A stretch of 60,000 nucleotides of DNA, taken from Lytechinus pictus. Taxonomy: Eukaryota. Below, piece after piece: positions 40,996 to 55,700 of the stretch. The notes beneath the pieces are model-generated. The model did not search any database and was not told where the DNA came from. It saw nothing but the letters and a program-made list of their open reading frames with translations. The DNA is taken from the NCBI RefSeq assembly GCF_037042905.1, contig NC_087245.1, forward strand, positions 29,266,001 through 29,326,000, written 5' to 3'. Positions within the stretch are counted from its first letter, which is position 1, and each line of letters begins with the position of its first letter. The position numbers were made by a program, and so were the translations under genes.

Positions 40996-43725
40996 AATCG
41001 GCATTTATGAAGACTACACCTGACAGGATCAAATTCTTCACTTGAGACAGTAAAATGGCAATACTTCTTCCGCAAGTATAAAAATAGTTCCAAAGTGGTG
41101 ATATATCTTCCCAATTAAAAAAAAAAGAAGTTCAGTAAAGTTACCCTCCCTTGAATCAGTGTTAGATTATCAATTATATTCATTCATTTTTGTCAATCAG
41201 CAATATCAAAATTAAAAATTGAGAATTAATGGGTTGGCTCGAATGAATATCTTTGGCCTGCCAGTTGTAATTACGCCCGTATAACCCTGACTCGGGATCA
41301 GATCACTGAGGGCCAGCAATATTTGAAATAAGCTCCCCACACTACTTCTATATGTCAAACTGCAATACCACAGATCATATAAAACTCAACGAAATATTCT
41401 TATGGCAGCCAGCTTGGAATTCAAGATGACTGCCATTTTTCCGCCAATCAATTGTCAGATTGCTTGGAGCCAGCAATTTTTTTAATGAACTCACCCCAGA
41501 TACCGATTTACTACAAATTTCAGTGGCAAATATTATGTAAAATTCAAGAAAATAAGTTCAATGATTTTTCATGGCGGCCATCTTGGATTTCAAATGGCAG
41601 CTGACCCGATGGTCAAATCGCTTGAGGCCGGCAATATCTGAAATCAGCACCCAAAATTAAGCCTATAGACTGTATGCCAAATTTCAATACCGCAGTTCAT
41701 ATAAAACTCGAGAAAATAATTGCAATAATAAATCATGGCGGCCATCTTGGATTTTAAGATGGCGGCCGTTTTGCCGCTGACCTTGAGGTCAAATCGCTGG
41801 GGGCTGGCAATATTTGAAATCAGTGCCTAAAAATACCCCTATATACCAAAGTTCAGTGTCACATGTCATGTAAAACTCAAGAAAATGAGATTAATGATTT
41901 TTCATGGCGGCCATCTTGGATTTCAAAATGGCGGCCGACCCGATTGTCAAATCACTTGGGACCGGCAATATTTGAAATCAGTGCCTAAAAATACCCCTAT
42001 ATGACTAATTTCAGTGTCACACGTCATGTAAAACTCAAGAAAATGACATTAATGTTTTCTCATGGCGGCCATCTTGGATTTCAAAATGGCGGCCGACCCG
42101 ATTGACAAATCACTTGGGGCCGGCAATATTTGAAATCAGCACCCCAAATTAAGCCTATATGCCAAATTTCAATACCGCAGTTCATATAAAACTCGAGAAA
42201 ATGATTGCAATAATATATCATGGCGGCCATCTTGGATTTCAAGATGGCGGCCATTTTGCCGCCGACCAAATGGTCAAATTGCTGGGGGCCGGCAATATTT
42301 GAAATCAGTGCCTCAAAATACCCCTATATGCCAAATTTCAGTGTCACATGACATGTAAAACTCAAGAAAATGACATTTAATGATTTTTCATGGCGGCCAT
42401 CTTGGATTTCAAAATGGCGGCCGACCCGATGGTTAAATCGCTTGGGGCCGGCAATTTTTGACATCAGCGCCCAAAAATACCCCTGTATGCCAAATTTCAC
42501 ACTTTCTGCCAGATTCGAGCATCTTTTTCACATATCTACTGGACTATTATAATTGTTCAGTTATATTTATCATTACCCGTATCAGACATCTAAAGCTGGT
42601 CATTTAAAAAAAGTTGCCCTATATTTTCTGAATATCGGGAAGGGATAGGTGTATTATTTATATTTTGCTCGGTCTCTATGCGCGTATATATTGACTTTCA
42701 GAGACGACACAAAATATACCTTTTTATTTTCCTTAGTCTCACATCCGGGAGTTTGAGGATGGAAGACATATCGAAAACTTGCATACAGTGTACCGGACAT
42801 GTAAAAACACAGCAGACGACGTTTGCAGACCTCGCGATCATCGTATGACTAGTGGTGCAGAATGTTCCATTGCGGCTTTATGGGGGAAATAGCATTACAG
42901 AGGGATAAAATGTATACACAAATAATGTTTCAGCGTTGATTCGCAATATTTTGTGTCATTTTCATAAATTATCGTTGTTTGAACATTTAAAACATCATTA
43001 TAAAGTGAAAGGAATAAGCAAAACTTAATTTTCAGACTTACCTATGCAGTGGTAAGCTAGGATGCACCCCTCGTATACATAATTGACCCGTCACAGTTTT
43101 CAGAGACATATCCAACTTTCAGATAATAAAATTGATTTTTGTTGGCAAAAATAACGGTATCTGATATATTTATATCTATAGTTCGGACTGACAATGTATA
43201 TATATTTATATATTCCTAATAAAATGTTCAGCACTGCAATGGAAACACTGCGAGGACCTTCTGTCCGCTAGTTTTCCATACGGATTCGCTTCATAATGAT
43301 CCACGCAGCAACAATATACGTCATGATAAAGACAACGCTATATCCGGGCGGACGCGACACAATTGAATCATATTCTTCAAAGAAATATATCAATTTTAAT
43401 GATTTTTTCTCTAGATGTCTGATTAAGATGATAATAAAACTATGGCTCTTTTTTCGGGAACATCAAATACATTTCTCTGAAAAGAACCATATTGCCCTCG
43501 TCATAAAGACTTGGGCCAACATGCCATCTGTTGCGAGCAATATATTTGATGACCACCGCACAGCCAGTCAATAACTCATAAAGTATAAACAATGCATAAT
43601 TATTTACTAAATTATATTACTTCTATAGCGAATGATAGTGCATTTACAAGAAATGTAAACACGAATTCAATCAGCCTGAACAAACTTTAAAACTTTATAA
43701 CTACCCCTTTTCATCTTTTGGTTAA

Positions 43726-44286
43726 AGGGGTAGTCCAGGCTGAAAATAATATGATTTGAACAGAAAGAAAAATCAGACGAGCAAAACACTGAAAAATTGA
43801 TCAAAATCAGACAAGGAATAACAAAATTATGGAATTTGAAATATTTGCATTATTCCGCTGACACAGTTCTAGGTATGTCTTCATGAATATTCAATGAGCA
43901 AATCATTTCATATCCCCATTTGTTCTTTTGTATTTTATTATATGAAATTAGGTTTATTCAAACTTTTTCCTAAAAAAAATATAAATTGGATTGACAACTG
44001 ATTTTGTATAAGATATTCATTGCTGCAACTTATTTCATTATAAGGGAGACACACCATTCATACATGTATGAAAAAATTACACAATTATCATGAATGTTAT
44101 TTCATGTAATAACATAAGAAAAGGGAAAGAGGGGATGTGACATCATCGGCCCACCTCTTGAATATTTATGACGACGTGCATAACGACGTGCTTTAAAATT
44201 CAATAACTTCGCTATCAGATATTGATGAAATTTTCAGTACCTTGATCTGTTTCTAAGCAATAGATATTTTCAGCCCCGAGTACCTT
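43726..44286. mobile_element. Kolobok-type MITE, TTAA TSD
   Basis: ttaa|aggggtagtccaggctgaaaat ... attttcagccccgagtacctt|ttaa. Confidence 0.7.
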
Positions 44287-45420
44287 TTAATGGTAACACG
44301 TACTACTGAATTATTGAATCAAGAAAGACAAATTTTATAGTTAGAATAGCTCACAATCCACTGAATGGGTGTTCCCGATTTACCACAGTGATAAAGTTTC
44401 TGCTCTAAAATGGTCTATGGTGTCGAGTGCTTTGACAAGTCGATGACAGTCATGAAAGCAATGTTATCAATTTTCGTTCTTTTTTTAACCCTACCCCTCC
44501 CGCCGCTCGTTAAATAGGCTGAGCATGCATAGACACAAACGTATGCTTATTGAATTAATGACAAGTCTAATTAAGGTTGTTGATTGTTCTTTGGAAATAA
44601 AAAGGTTCATTTCAGTGTAAAGTGCACTTTCTAACTTCACCGACGTCATAACTTCAAATTATTTATTTTTTCGAGGAAATATATACTCTGCAATGAAACA
44701 TCGATTGAAGTACCACCTAGTATAACTGACATGATTGCATGCCAAACACTTTATTAAAAAGCAATTATAAATTATTCTTCAATGATTTATGACTAATATC
44801 AGGAACACATTTCGAAAACGTTCATCCCCTGATTGCATCACCAGTTTGGTTTCACTATTTTTCAAATTATTCTAGGAAAAAGAGATATGGTTGTTATCCA
44901 GTTTTGATAGATGGAGCTTTATGATTGGTCCAATCAACGATGCTCTTAGTATAAATTACACATGTTGTTTCTGTGGTGTTTGGATTATTCTGACACTAAT
45001 AACCTACAAAACGCCTCCTCTAAAGTATTTCTAACCCTGGCTTGGATTAGAAAATGACTCTCCGTTACTCATATATCAGAGGAATTCTGGTAATATCAAG
45101 CTTACGGAGGCAAAGTTGTTGCCCGTTGATAACAGTTTGACCCCCTCCAAAAATGTAATATAATTAAATATAAACAATATTCATTCATAAATCATACATT
45201 CGATTCAATTCAATCGAACATTTATTTTCTTCCGATTGACATTAAAAAGGTTAGATCCAATTTCGTATAAAATAAACAAATCAATAATAATTACAGTGAT
45301 ATAACAATGAATGTAAATACAATATATAATTTACTTACATGGAATAAATAATGAGCGAGACATAGCTCACCATTGATGTTGCTTTTAACAAGCAAGCTTT
45401 TGGCCATATCGGCCTTCACC

Positions 45421-45692
45421 GGGGCTTCGTCTTACAAAGAGTTGCGATTGATCCGATCAACGACAACTATGGAAAGCCAGCAACGTCAACATCTAAAACG
45501 CATGTTTGTTCAAAATATTTTCTAGATATGATGTATATTCATACATTCATCGATTTCTTGAAAATTCAGTGTGCTTCTCTTTGTTCTCAAAGTACATTGT
45601 GCAAATTTTCTGAAGAAATATTATGACATAGATGGATTTCCATATAGTTGATGTTGATTGGATCAATCGTAACTCTTTGTAAGACGGGGCTC
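45421..45692. mobile_element. Harbinger-like MITE (~270 bp)
   Basis: cgtcttacaaagagttgcgattgatcc ... ggatcaatcgtaactctttgtaagacg inverted repeats. Confidence 0.7.
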
Positions 45693-46616
45693 ATGACGGT
45701 AGATAACAAAATAGATCGAACGTCATAATATAAGCAACGTTACAAGGAAAATATCAAAAGTGTAACCATCATAATTATATGTCATAACAAAAATAATCAA
45801 CGACGTCATTATGATCATCATCACATCATTGACAGTATAAACATGTCATATTAAAATCATTATAATCATTATTATTATTTTATTTGACATTTCAAAAACA
45901 TAGAGAATACAAACAAATCAGAGAGAAGATCAATCACAATTTTACGTGATAGAAAAAAAAAGACCTGGATAAGAGTTGGAGAGGCTGCCTGGGTATGGAA
46001 AAGGCTTACTTAATAACCATAACTCACTTCCTCCCCAACTCCATCTAGGTCATAAAATTAAGGGTATAAATAAAATGAAAATATTTAGAATCGGTAAAAT
46101 ACAATGGTCAAACATGTTACTTGGTAATTTCAAGCCACCCCCCCCCCCCACACACACACAATACCTCCCATTATCGCTATCTTTGTGTACGATTATGTGA
46201 CTTACAGTAAAGAATTTGCCATTTGTGTTGTACTAGAAATCACAATACGCGTATCTATATCCGTAGTAACCTTTTAGATGTTATTTCAGAATATGATTTG
46301 ATTTGCTTTTAAGAAGTTGTTTGTATGTTTACTGGTTATTGGGGTATTCGTGGTTCGTCGCGTGAGGGCGGTGCAAATATAAATAATAAGCCTGGATTTT
46401 AAATACAAATATATATAATAATATGAATAATACATATATAAAAGGGTTAAATTAAAAGAAATAAATACAAATAGATAAACATAAAAATAAAAAATGACAT
46501 GAATAAAAAAACATAATAAAAATAAAAACAAATACAAAAATAGAATACAGAAAAAAGATTCTGATCAGAACATTTATGCGTCACTTGGTGCTATAAACGT
46601 TGATAAACGCAGCTTG

Positions 46617-46757
46617 TCAGTCTCGGAGGCTAATGTAGTTTTTACATCTGTCAAACGGTTTGTTGGTGACATTCGAAAGAAGGACGTGACGTTGGGACTG
46701 CTCCAATCTGAAATCGAAGCTCTGCAGCAGTTTCGCCAAGATCACCTTGGATTCGAT
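46617..46757 (-). CDS. CYP46A1: CYP46A1-like B exon 13 (terminal)
   Basis: IESKVILAKLLQSFDFRLEQSQRHVLLSNVTNKPFDRCKNYISLRD*. Confidence 0.92.
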   Translation of the reverse strand: MESKVILAKLLQSFDFRLEQSQRHVLLSNVTNKPFDRCKNYISLRD

Positions 46758-49700
46758 CTAAACGATAAAAGATTTTAAAAAAATATATTATCATTATTAT
46801 TATTTTAGCTACATTTTATATCGATCCTCAATATTGGTGACAATACCGCGGGAAAATATACAATGCATGCAAAGAAACACTGTTTTCAAGTGTAATTTTA
46901 TATACAGATATATATATATATATATATATATATAAGTAAGAATGTATAATGTATCATTATAAGCATTCAGATTTTTTAAGAGACACTGTGCAGACTGTTG
47001 AGTGGAAATCACATACCAGAGCTAACTGTTGTCCAATACAATTCCGTTGACCAATGGCGAAGGGGAAGTATGCATAAAGGTGCCGTGGGCTGCAAAAAAA
47101 GGAGAAATATTTTTTAATGAGTCATGACGTTGATACCGGTAACGTAATAGATGATGATGATGATAATGATGATGATGATGATGATGATGATAATGATGAT
47201 GATGGCGATGGTGATGGTGATGATGATGATGATGTTGAAGATTATGGTGACGATGATGTTGATGATGATGATGATGACGATGATGATGGTGATAATAATG
47301 GTGATGATGATGATGGTGGTGATGAAGATGATGATGATGATGGGTGATGGTGATGATGATGATGTTGATGATGAAGATGACGATGATGATGGTGATAATA
47401 ATAGTGATGGTGATGAAGATGATAACGATGATGATGATGATGATAACGATGATGATGGTGATGACGATGATTATGGTGAGAGGATGAGGATGATGATGGC
47501 GATGATGATGACGATGGGGATGATGATGGTAATAATGATGACGATGTGAATGAATAAATGATGATGATAGTCGTGATGATGATTATGTGCACGGTGATGA
47601 TGGTGAATACAATGTTCGTCCCAATCGCTTCCTACACCTGCTTTTGTATATATATATATAATTGATATATGGATCCTCATCAAATGATTGGCTGAGAGCC
47701 GATCAGGTGACATTCATAATTTCTGTGCTTAGTCAGCCATTTTTTCTAAGCAAGTGTGCGATTAGAAAAATTAGATTGCACAAGTGTTTGTTGCTATTGT
47801 TTTTAAAAAATACGTAAAAACTAGTCAGCTTTTATTATTGTTGCCTTGCCATGGTTCCCTTTTTTCAGTACTTCATAACAATATCTATTTGATTTGGCAT
47901 TAAAAATGTTTAATCAATGCTGCTGGTGAGTAGACCACCAAATTTATATCGTAGGTCTTTCTTGGCGAGTGTCTAGACTAACGTTTAGTTCCATACATAA
48001 ATTGATTTAGCAAACGACAATTACCCATAACATATCTATTTTTACGAATAACATCGAATCTTGTAGGTACATTGGGTCAAATAAGCACACTTGACAACTT
48101 CAGAACTGTCCAAAGCCAGACAGACAATTGGACAATGAGACATCAGACGATCACCTAGGAGCACTATAAAATGCTGCTTAATTGCTTCTGTGTCGTTCAA
48201 TTCAATTCAATTCAATTCAATTTCAATTTATTTTATTTCATTTTCAACAGAACAAAGTAATGTGGTCAAAATAGTTACAGTGAAGTCGTTCGTAATACTC
48301 ACAGTTCATCAGTGGGAATAAATCGATCCGGGTTGAATAGAAGTGGGTCTTCGAAGTATTCTTCCTGTCGTGACGTTAGATATGTTCCAAACTGCATCAG
48401 TGAAAGTGTAAAATAAATAAATGACGAGATAACGAATGAGAGGGCGCTGTGTGAATGGTGAAGAAGCAAGTGAATTCATTCATTCATTTCACCTTTGTTT
48501 ACCTCATTAATTTCAATTTATAAAAAGAAACAAATTAAAAATATATATATTAAAAAATAAAACAGCTGAATATATGTGCAAACTGTATCACAAAAGACAG
48601 GGGGTATACTGTAAGACATGGTCGGGTTAAAAAATATAAACTGTTATGAAATATAGTGCATGGGTATTATGTTTTTTTATGAAATTGATAAATAATACAA
48701 ATTAGTATTAGGACTTATAAAAACGGTATTCAAACATACAAGTAAACCTCATCCAGTCCGGGGTCTGTTTTTGCCCCCCCCCCCCCCTCGACATCATTTA
48801 TAATAAATCTGTAACGCGACAAGATCGCAACGCGACGTTTCATGAGTTTTTTCTTCTTCTTTTTCAAGTCTTGCGCGACTTTAAATACCAAATTCGCGGC
48901 AGTTTGGAAATGTTTGTTATTTTTCCTCTGTATAATGGATGTTGTTTTCAGCCTGACATACGTTCATCCGAGCGAAGAATAATAGTGGTACACCAGGCTG
49001 AAAACATCATCCATTTAAACAAAGGAAAATATCAAACATTTCCAAACCAATCAATAAATGCTGCATTCAAACCTTCGGAACAAAGAAAATAACAATGAGG
49101 TAAAGATTGATGATGAAGTGTTTGAAATATTTCCGGAGGCTGGTAATAATTAATTGTATAATAATAATAATAACAATAAGGACAATAATAATAATAACAA
49201 TAATAATAATAAAGATAATAACTACATTAAAAAGAGCATGCACTAAACTCTTCTATTTTATCTAAGTATACAGTGTTTATTAATTTTTACTTTTATTCTG
49301 TCTTCGCCTATATATTTTAAATTTAGCTGAATATACAAATGGCCAAATCACGATACTGGGGGACAAATAAAAACTGATATAGGCCACGTATTCCATAGGC
49401 CAATCAATTAATTAAGAATGCCATAAAAAGGGAATAACCTTAGTATTAAGGCCTTATTTCCTACACTTGATTTTATACACACAGGCGCGAAACAATAGGT
49501 GCTTCCTGAACCCACTTTCCCGCATGGTAAAAATTGAATTATCCCAATACCTTATAATAAGACCCCTCTCTAAGTAGTGCGAATGATATAATACTCCTTC
49601 ATTGAACAATTAAAAGAAATACATTTTTTTTATCACATTTTTTTGGAAAACATTTCCATATAAACTCGAGGAACTTTCTGCCCCCCTTCCCTCTCCCCGC

Positions 49701-52700
49701 TCTTGTTGTTAATTCTGGAAACGCCCTTCCGTAGATCCAAATCCGATATCGACAATACTGTATCTTACCGTGCTTACGGTGCGTAACCGACGGGCGAAGA
49801 AAAATAAAAACAAAACGCCCTTACTTACAAATATATTTGATCCTTTTGGTATGATGTAACCCGAAGAATGGACATCACAAGCTAGATCACGTATTACCCC
49901 ACTCACAGGAGGGTTAAGTCGCATTGTTTCTTTAAACACCTAAAAGTAATTTAAAAAATATAGGCTATATATAAGCTATATATATATATATATACATATA
50001 TTAATTTTTTTCATACAATTTTATTAAAATTCAGACAAAAACTCATTATAATTTCACATAAAATACTAAAGCAATTATTTAAAAATCACCCAAAACAAAT
50101 TGGTAAATGAAAGTCATATATTCTGCCAGCTTGGATTTTACTATTCATAGTGTGCTTGTACTGAAATCGTCTGTGCCCAAAAAAGGTATGATTTGAACAC
50201 TGAAGGATATTTTATTGGATAAATTAACCCGATTTTACATCCTTCGATAGGGGTGCCGATCAGAATATCTACATATATATTTATGCATTGTTTAAATAAA
50301 GCCGTTCTGAAGTATATTTAAATAGGGGAAGGCGGGGTAAGTTGAGCATAGGGGCAAGTTGAGCCACCACCCCAGGCCAATAATGAATGAGTCAGACATT
50401 GTGGTGGTGTCATGTATTGGTGACCCATTACATAACCCTTTACCCCACCACATTGTTTTCGACTGAAAAACTTTGAAAAAAGTACTTTTTTAGAGGGAAA
50501 AATACAAATTTCAGCCAAAAAAGTAAAAAAAGAGTGTAAAATAGATCAGTGCTTTTTACCCATACACGTCTTTAAATGTAATAAAGAAATAATAACAATA
50601 TTGTTAGTCCAGGTATGGATCTTCATTCTTGTCTTAGTCTTTTACATGATGGATGCATGAGAAATGTGTGGATGAGAAAATATTGCATTAAGTTCGGACT
50701 GGGGTACTTTGAGCCAGCCAACATGGGGCAAGTTGAGCCATGGTAATTCTTATGTTAATGTATAATAAAAAAAGAAACAAACCTTGAAAAGCCACTGATA
50801 TGCAGGCAGAAAGGTGCAAATTTACATGACAGTTCTTTTACTTTTAGATGATGTTAGTAAATATAGAGAATTAGCAAGTGAAAAGACTTGAAATAAGAAA
50901 TTGACATGCTGGTTCTTTCCGCATACATTTTGTACATAGTTTTTATGGCTCAACTTACCCCTCAAGGTGGCACAACTTACCCCACAGATGGGGCAAGTTG
51001 AGCCATTTGACATCGGTTTTTTCAAAGGTCACAATGAATTTCAGTTTGGGGTAGAAAGTTATATATAGGTGAAAAATATTTCCCAAGAATCAAATTTAAA
51101 GGCAAGGTACTTATTTGTACAATATTATTAGTCATATCAATTCCAACATGCAAAATGCAAAAAGTGTCACAACTTACCCCGCCTTCCCCTATTTAAAATG
51201 GGCTGAAAATGTCAGGATCTTTGTCAGTAGCAATGTAATATCCTATCACTAAATCTGGGAAAAGGGAAAAGGGACCGTTTTAAGTAGAGATCCAAAATTA
51301 ATAGAAAAACACTTAATCGGCTGAAAAGATGCCAAATTTAAATTCTAAAGGCTAAAACGCATTCAGTGACTGCTACAGTGTTTTAATCTTGGTATGTAAG
51401 TTGATGCTCGGGTCTAATGACTATTCACCAATATTTGACAAGTTTTAGATACATGTCTTATTTTAGACAAGTTAATACAAACCTACCCGAGACATATACT
51501 CCAGCTTGGGGAGGTCTGAGTACTCAATAACCGGTTTATTCCCCAGGACTTCATCAACTTCAGCTTTTAGCCTGTCCAAAAAGAAAATGGTAGAAACATG
51601 TCATTCTTAATCATTTACGGATTTTCAGCGCATCTTATTAGATTTATATTGGTATCAATTCGCAATGCAAGGCAAACGTTGACGATGTTATCGAATACTT
51701 CAACATATTGTTGTTAAATTCATTGCATTAATTTAATACCACTAAAGATGTTTACGAAGTCATTGGGATAAAATCCCGAATTTAACACCCTTCCTTTGTA
51801 TATAATATAGACCAGAATGTGAATATTTTCACCGTTGAAATTAAAATTACAAATAAAGATAAAAATAAATCATATATTTTACTTTTACAGTCAAGGGTCC
51901 ATAATGAATCATATTTTTTTACATTTAGAGTCATATTGATAGATTGATTATAATGTATCATCTTGAACTTCAAATCGATGTTGATTAATTTTGGCATGAT
52001 TTTCAGTAATTGATGTTAATGACATTAGCGAAAGTAGCTGTTGTAATCACTGGCGTAGCCAGGGATACACGGGACACATGATACATTTACCCCTCCCCTT
52101 TCTAGATCGGCCAGCAAAGACAGAAAGAGAGTGAAAAACGAAAGTCAGAATTAAATAACATACTGCACTGTTAGAAAGTTTATCCTTAAAGGAGAATGAA
52201 ACTCCTGGAGCAAGTTAGCTTTTGTGAAAGCAGAAAAATCAAAGAATAAGATCAACAAAAGTTTGAGTAAAATAGGACTAGCAATAGAAGAGTTATGAGC
52301 ATTTGAATGTCGAGATCACTAATGCTATGAAGATCCTCCCATTGGCAACGCAACCAAGATCTATGATATCACAGATGAACAACTCTCCCCTTTTGGACAC
52401 TGAAAATATACCCCAAAACATATCTTTTTGCTCTTTCTAATCATATGACAAACGATTCATCAATGATATAATGTTGTGAAACCTCTGTACTTGTCCTCTC
52501 ATAAAGAGAACACCTCACCTTGTGATAGATTCTATAAAAGTGAGAATATAAGTGAAATAAGTACTAAAGCAATGAGGGAGTTGTACGTGTGTGACATCAC
52601 AGATCTTGGTCGCATTGCCAATGGGAGGATCTACATGGCATTAGTGATCTCAATATTCAAATGCTCATAACTTTCTTATTATTCATTCAATCTTCCTCAA

Positions 52701-55700
52701 ACTTTCAACAATATGTTTCTTTGATTTTTCTCTTTGATATGGATTCAGCTGGTTTCAAGGGTTTCATTCTCCTTTAAAATAAAAGAAGTTCCTGCAGCAG
52801 AGTCTCGAGAACACCTGTAATCTTACCAGATTGCGTAATTGGTATTTGGTGTATGGAACCTTACAAATTTCCTTAAAGAAAACACCCTTTTTCCCATTTT
52901 AAACAGACCTGTTCTGTTAAATTGCATAAAAATTCCTGTTTTATGAATTTACAGAATGATTCTGTTATTGCTTTCTGCAAAATCTTCTTTTTTTCTGTAA
53001 AACAGGTTTTTTTTTTAACAGTGTGCGTCGTGGGTTCACAACGTTAATTTTTTTTTCTGGTGAAAACGTAAAAACGTCATTTGTATTCTATACCCTAATT
53101 AATGTGCGTTCAACATGCTTAAGTTTTACCGATGAAATAGCAAGTTCTTCTGCTCTTCGTCACGCTCACAAACACTCATTATTTTTTTTTTGTTATAGAC
53201 CAACATTTTGTTGTGGGTTCAAATTGCTACTTTTGTTTGGTGGGAACATACATCAGCTTTTGACTTCAGTTCCCCATTTCAAAATCTGACGCGCCACTTC
53301 AGAAAAGCATATGCATTTCTTGATCCGTCGCTACGTTCCCTCGCCCCTCCAATGTGCAATGTCTCATTTTATACCGTATTGTATGTTAATCGGGCATATT
53401 TTCACCGATGAAAAGTACACAAACATCATTAGGGGCATATCAGGGGTCGGTGTCCAAGGGGGCAAGAGCCAAAAATTTCCCGGTCATATCATGGTATGAA
53501 CAGGCAATGGTGCAATGAGGCAAAATCTTTGAGGGGGGCCAGATATGGCGTATCGGACATAATTTATCTTTTAGAAAAGTTGCGAGCGAGCGAAGCAAAC
53601 GAGCAAAATTTTTGACAATTTTTTTACAAAGATCCAATATTGTGATAGATTTTGACATATTATTCAGAAAATAATATCATATTTGACCCTTCTCTCTTTC
53701 CTTTTTTTTTTTGGGGGGGGGTGGGTCTGTACGCCACTGTGAACAGGATTGTGCGCGAAATAGAGGGGCACAGTATGGCGCAGGTGCCAAAAAGCTGCTT
53801 AACATATCTCCCGAGCGAGCGAGAAAAAAAAACACCTTTTCATGAGAATCTCACTTTGAGATATTTTCTTTACACTTTATTCAGAAAATATACGTCATAT
53901 CTTACACCTTTTCTCTTTTTTTACTTGGTTGTAGAACTTTTGGGGCCATGGTCAAACCATTCCATCTGTACGCCAGTGCTATGCGGGATGGGTCCGGGGT
54001 GGGAGTCCTCTTGATATCAAAGCCATTTTAGACCTTACAGATTGCCGCTATTTTAATCAATTCGCGGGTATATGCAGTAGGCCTATATAGCTTTTACACA
54101 ACATTAATTCAACGCAGTCGCGTAATGAACCAAACATTTTGAGGGGACACATAGCAATGTGGGACAATTTGTAAAAAGTCGCCAGCGAGAGAAGCGAGCC
54201 CGAAAAAGTTTGGCCCTTTGAAATGACATTCAAATTGTGTGACAGAGTTTTCCATTATATTCAGCAAATAACACATTTCATTGTTTTCTATTCATTTCAT
54301 TACGTTGCCTCCTATATTTTCTTTTATCTACCCTTGGGTGTGGAACCAAGACCCCCCCCCCCCCGGACGCCAGTGATTGAACGTTAAGCTTAATGTAGGA
54401 ACGGTCCATACAGGGGGGCGTTATAGAGCCCTTTGAAGGTTACAGATGAACCCCCTACGTACTCGTACTGAGTGGGGTCTGGGGCAAAGCCCCTGGTAGG
54501 TTTGGAGATTTAGCCAATGTAATGATTGCAGCAGTTATTGCATAAAATTTAACAAGCTTATAACACAGTTTTGTATGCAGTCCATCTTTCTTCCCATTCT
54601 TTATTTTCAATCCTCAGCAGCCCGGTCGTGTTAAGTTCTTCTTTCTTTCTTTTTTCTTGTCCCTTTTCTTTGTTTTCCAATTAAGCTTTGGCTCATTCCA
54701 TTCTACCTTCATTTGTCATATTTTGATTCATTTCACTTTCGTAATCATGCTAATGTATTAGTAGGGCTATTTCGGAATGATTTGTTATTTGTCACATGTT
54801 CTTCTTTCGTTCCTTTTCCCGCTTTTTTCCGTTTTCCATTTTTTTATGTTTTTTTCTTAGTTCTTTTCACTTTTTCCACTTCCCTTTCCTTTTTCCTCAT
54901 TTTCCCCTTTCCTTTCTGTCTCCCTCTCTTTTCTCTTTATGCCGTTTTTTTTTTTTCCCGGTGAAATCCGCCAGGGGGGGGGGGAGCCTGGCCACCTCCC
55001 CGCCCGTTACACCACTGAACATCATCACATTTCAGGGTCAGATTTCATACCGTTTTGTTGGTTCAAAATTCTAAGTTCCATTGTAATAGCGAAAAAGAAA
55101 ACACATTTCCTTGACCAGTAGCTTAATCCTCTCCCACACATACAATCGTCCATTCATGAGAATTTCTTATCATACACCACGGTGTAGGGTGTCACTACGC
55201 TCACTGGCATATAATTTTAGGATGCTGTCATCTATCATGATGCCTTATACCTGTCTGCCTAATCCTACCTTTGCATTTGGTTTGCAGAATATCGCATTCG
55301 CAAGCACGGATATTTTACAGAAAACGCCTCCCCATTTCCCAGTCGATTGCTCCACTCCCTCTCCATACACTAGCTCCGGGCAGTGGCTGCGACATTATCT
55401 CTCATCACCGCTGTCATTTTTACAATATTTGTAAAATAAATTACTATAAATCTGTAGTACGTAGTAAACTGAAACTAAGTTGGCTCTAATTGGGGTTATT
55501 TATCAAAAGGAAAGAGTGAGAATAGTCACGCACAGTTCCACCAATAGCTGTTTCGCAAATCGATGTGTTGCTATTGCTATTACAGCTATTATTATTAAAG
55601 GTTACGAAACTTTACTTAAATCGTCTGCTGCTACTTTGTATTTTTACGTGCGATCCGAAAAAAGGGTACTTCTTCATCAAGATTCAAGAGTTACATGGTA

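Larger units (their letters stand above)
32275..42546. mobile_element. Academ-like non-autonomous DNA transposon with long modular TIRs (10.3 kb including insert and duplication)
   Basis: TAGT...ACTA termini; 3-bp TSD TTA (32272-32274, 42547-42549); left aagatgctcggatctggcagaaagtgtgaaatttggcatacagggg is mirrored at about 42480-42525; ~160-bp repeated modules. Confidence 0.7.

Noticed and set aside
42735..42870. Alternative first exon for CYP A
   Set aside because: No TM anchor or proline hinge in any frame; a convincing exon 1 exists at 31123-31268.
47117..47713. Asp-, Met- or His/Ser-rich ORFs
   Set aside because: Translation artefacts of the (GAT)n microsatellite within a CYP intron.
55465..55476. 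ISRE-like motif (taaactgaaact) upstream of the TLR
   Set aside because: One mismatch and short; expected by chance in AT-rich DNA.
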